Under the pieces are notes generated by a model. It searched no databases. It was not told the DNA's origin and saw only the letters and a list, made by a program, of their open reading frames with translations. A DNA stretch of 37,944 bases, taken from assembly GCA_051453625.1 (NCBI GenBank), contig JBOZIK010000001.1:38889496-38927439 (forward strand), written 5' to 3'. The stretch's first letter is position 1. Every line of letters begins with the position of its first letter. The translations under genes and the position numbers were made by a program. The stretch comes from Welwitschia mirabilis (lineage: Eukaryota). Of the stretch, positions 37,103-37,944 are shown in pieces.

Positions 37103-37684
37103 TTAGTGCAGAAGTCATGTTTTAGCTTCGAAAGGGAAGAGGTGAGGATGTTCATCCATTATATGAGACATCCACTTTCGTACTCATTGATGCTTTTCAA
37201 AACGTAATGACAAGGTTCCACTTACAAACTCATTTGCAGGAGCTACACACTCACAGTGCAGCGTACTCTCATCTCGGATGTCAAATGGGTGATGCCATCT
37301 AGTGCCTAAATCTTCTGCAAGTCGCTTGTATATAATGTTGGGTATCAGCCCCTTAGCACATTCAACTATAAAGAAGAGAAACAAAAGTTTACTTGTTTGG
37401 GGACTCTCACTGCAAACGCTTTCCTTTTGCAGAGCCATATCTAAAGATTGTTTAAGTTTTTGTTCAAAATTCCTCTAGGATTACTTGAAAAGCGCTCCAT
37501 AAGGGTCACTAAAAAAATGCCTCGGCAATGCCAGAATCTGCTTATCAAAAAGCTTCGCGCCTCTGAAGCAGGCTTTGGCATCGTGTGCTAGTGGAGAAGG
37601 TGGCAACGATTTCTCCAGAACCGCAGCCTTCTTTGGCTCTGCAAACACGTTGTGGCTGTAAATTGCCAAAAACATAACCAACAT
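37103..37684 (-). pseudogene. Degenerate ORF ending in an ULTRAPETALA-like SAND domain
   Basis: ORFs 37481-37684 and 37184-37438 share a frame; read-through gives TLHCECVAP...SLRFEKHQ*VRKWMSHI...FPFEAKT*LLH*, versus ULT-type LEITCECTPGC...AAFEKHSG...RKWKNNVW...VPLSKTVLLKYY. Confidence 0.5.
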
Positions 37685-37944
37685 CTAATACATGCCCAAA
37701 ATTAGTCACAGAGGTGCTAACGTTACCACAATCTCCTTATTACCAGGTAAAACACAATAGAAAATTGCCATCATTTCTGAAAGATCTTTTTCAAAGAGAA
37801 GCCAACAATGCTAGCGCGGCATGATTTTGGTGGCAACACGGAGAAAATTGTTGTAACCCCATAATCCATTCCTATAGTTTATTGTTATAATTCTTGCTAC
37901 TGGCCTCATAATTTATTAAGTGGCCTCAGAGTTGTTATTTTATG

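Overview
AT-rich, CpG-depleted plant nuclear DNA with four assembly gaps; I see no intact protein-coding gene, RNA gene or CRISPR array. Bases 1-25085 are a stack of decayed LTR retrotransposons: an Athila-like gypsy fragment (-), a Sirevirus-like LTR (+), a Tekay/Del chromovirus (+; 5' LTR with a duplicated PBS and a probable Helitron-like insert, no recognisable RT, truncated 3' LTR), and two complementary halves of SIRE/Maximus-type Ty1/copia elements (-). Bases 26300-37944 are a mosaic of host-gene fragments (an unidentified 3-exon piece, a ZC3H15/DFRP1 CCCH fragment, an NPF5 transporter fragment, an ULTRAPETALA-like SAND-domain remnant, a possible NAC remnant) plus two 5'-truncated L1 LINEs of one family. 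All calls come from manual translation and remembered family motifs; identities are by-eye estimates and no database search was run. I cannot support a wholly new system; the gene-fragment mosaic and the SAND-like remnant most merit follow-up.
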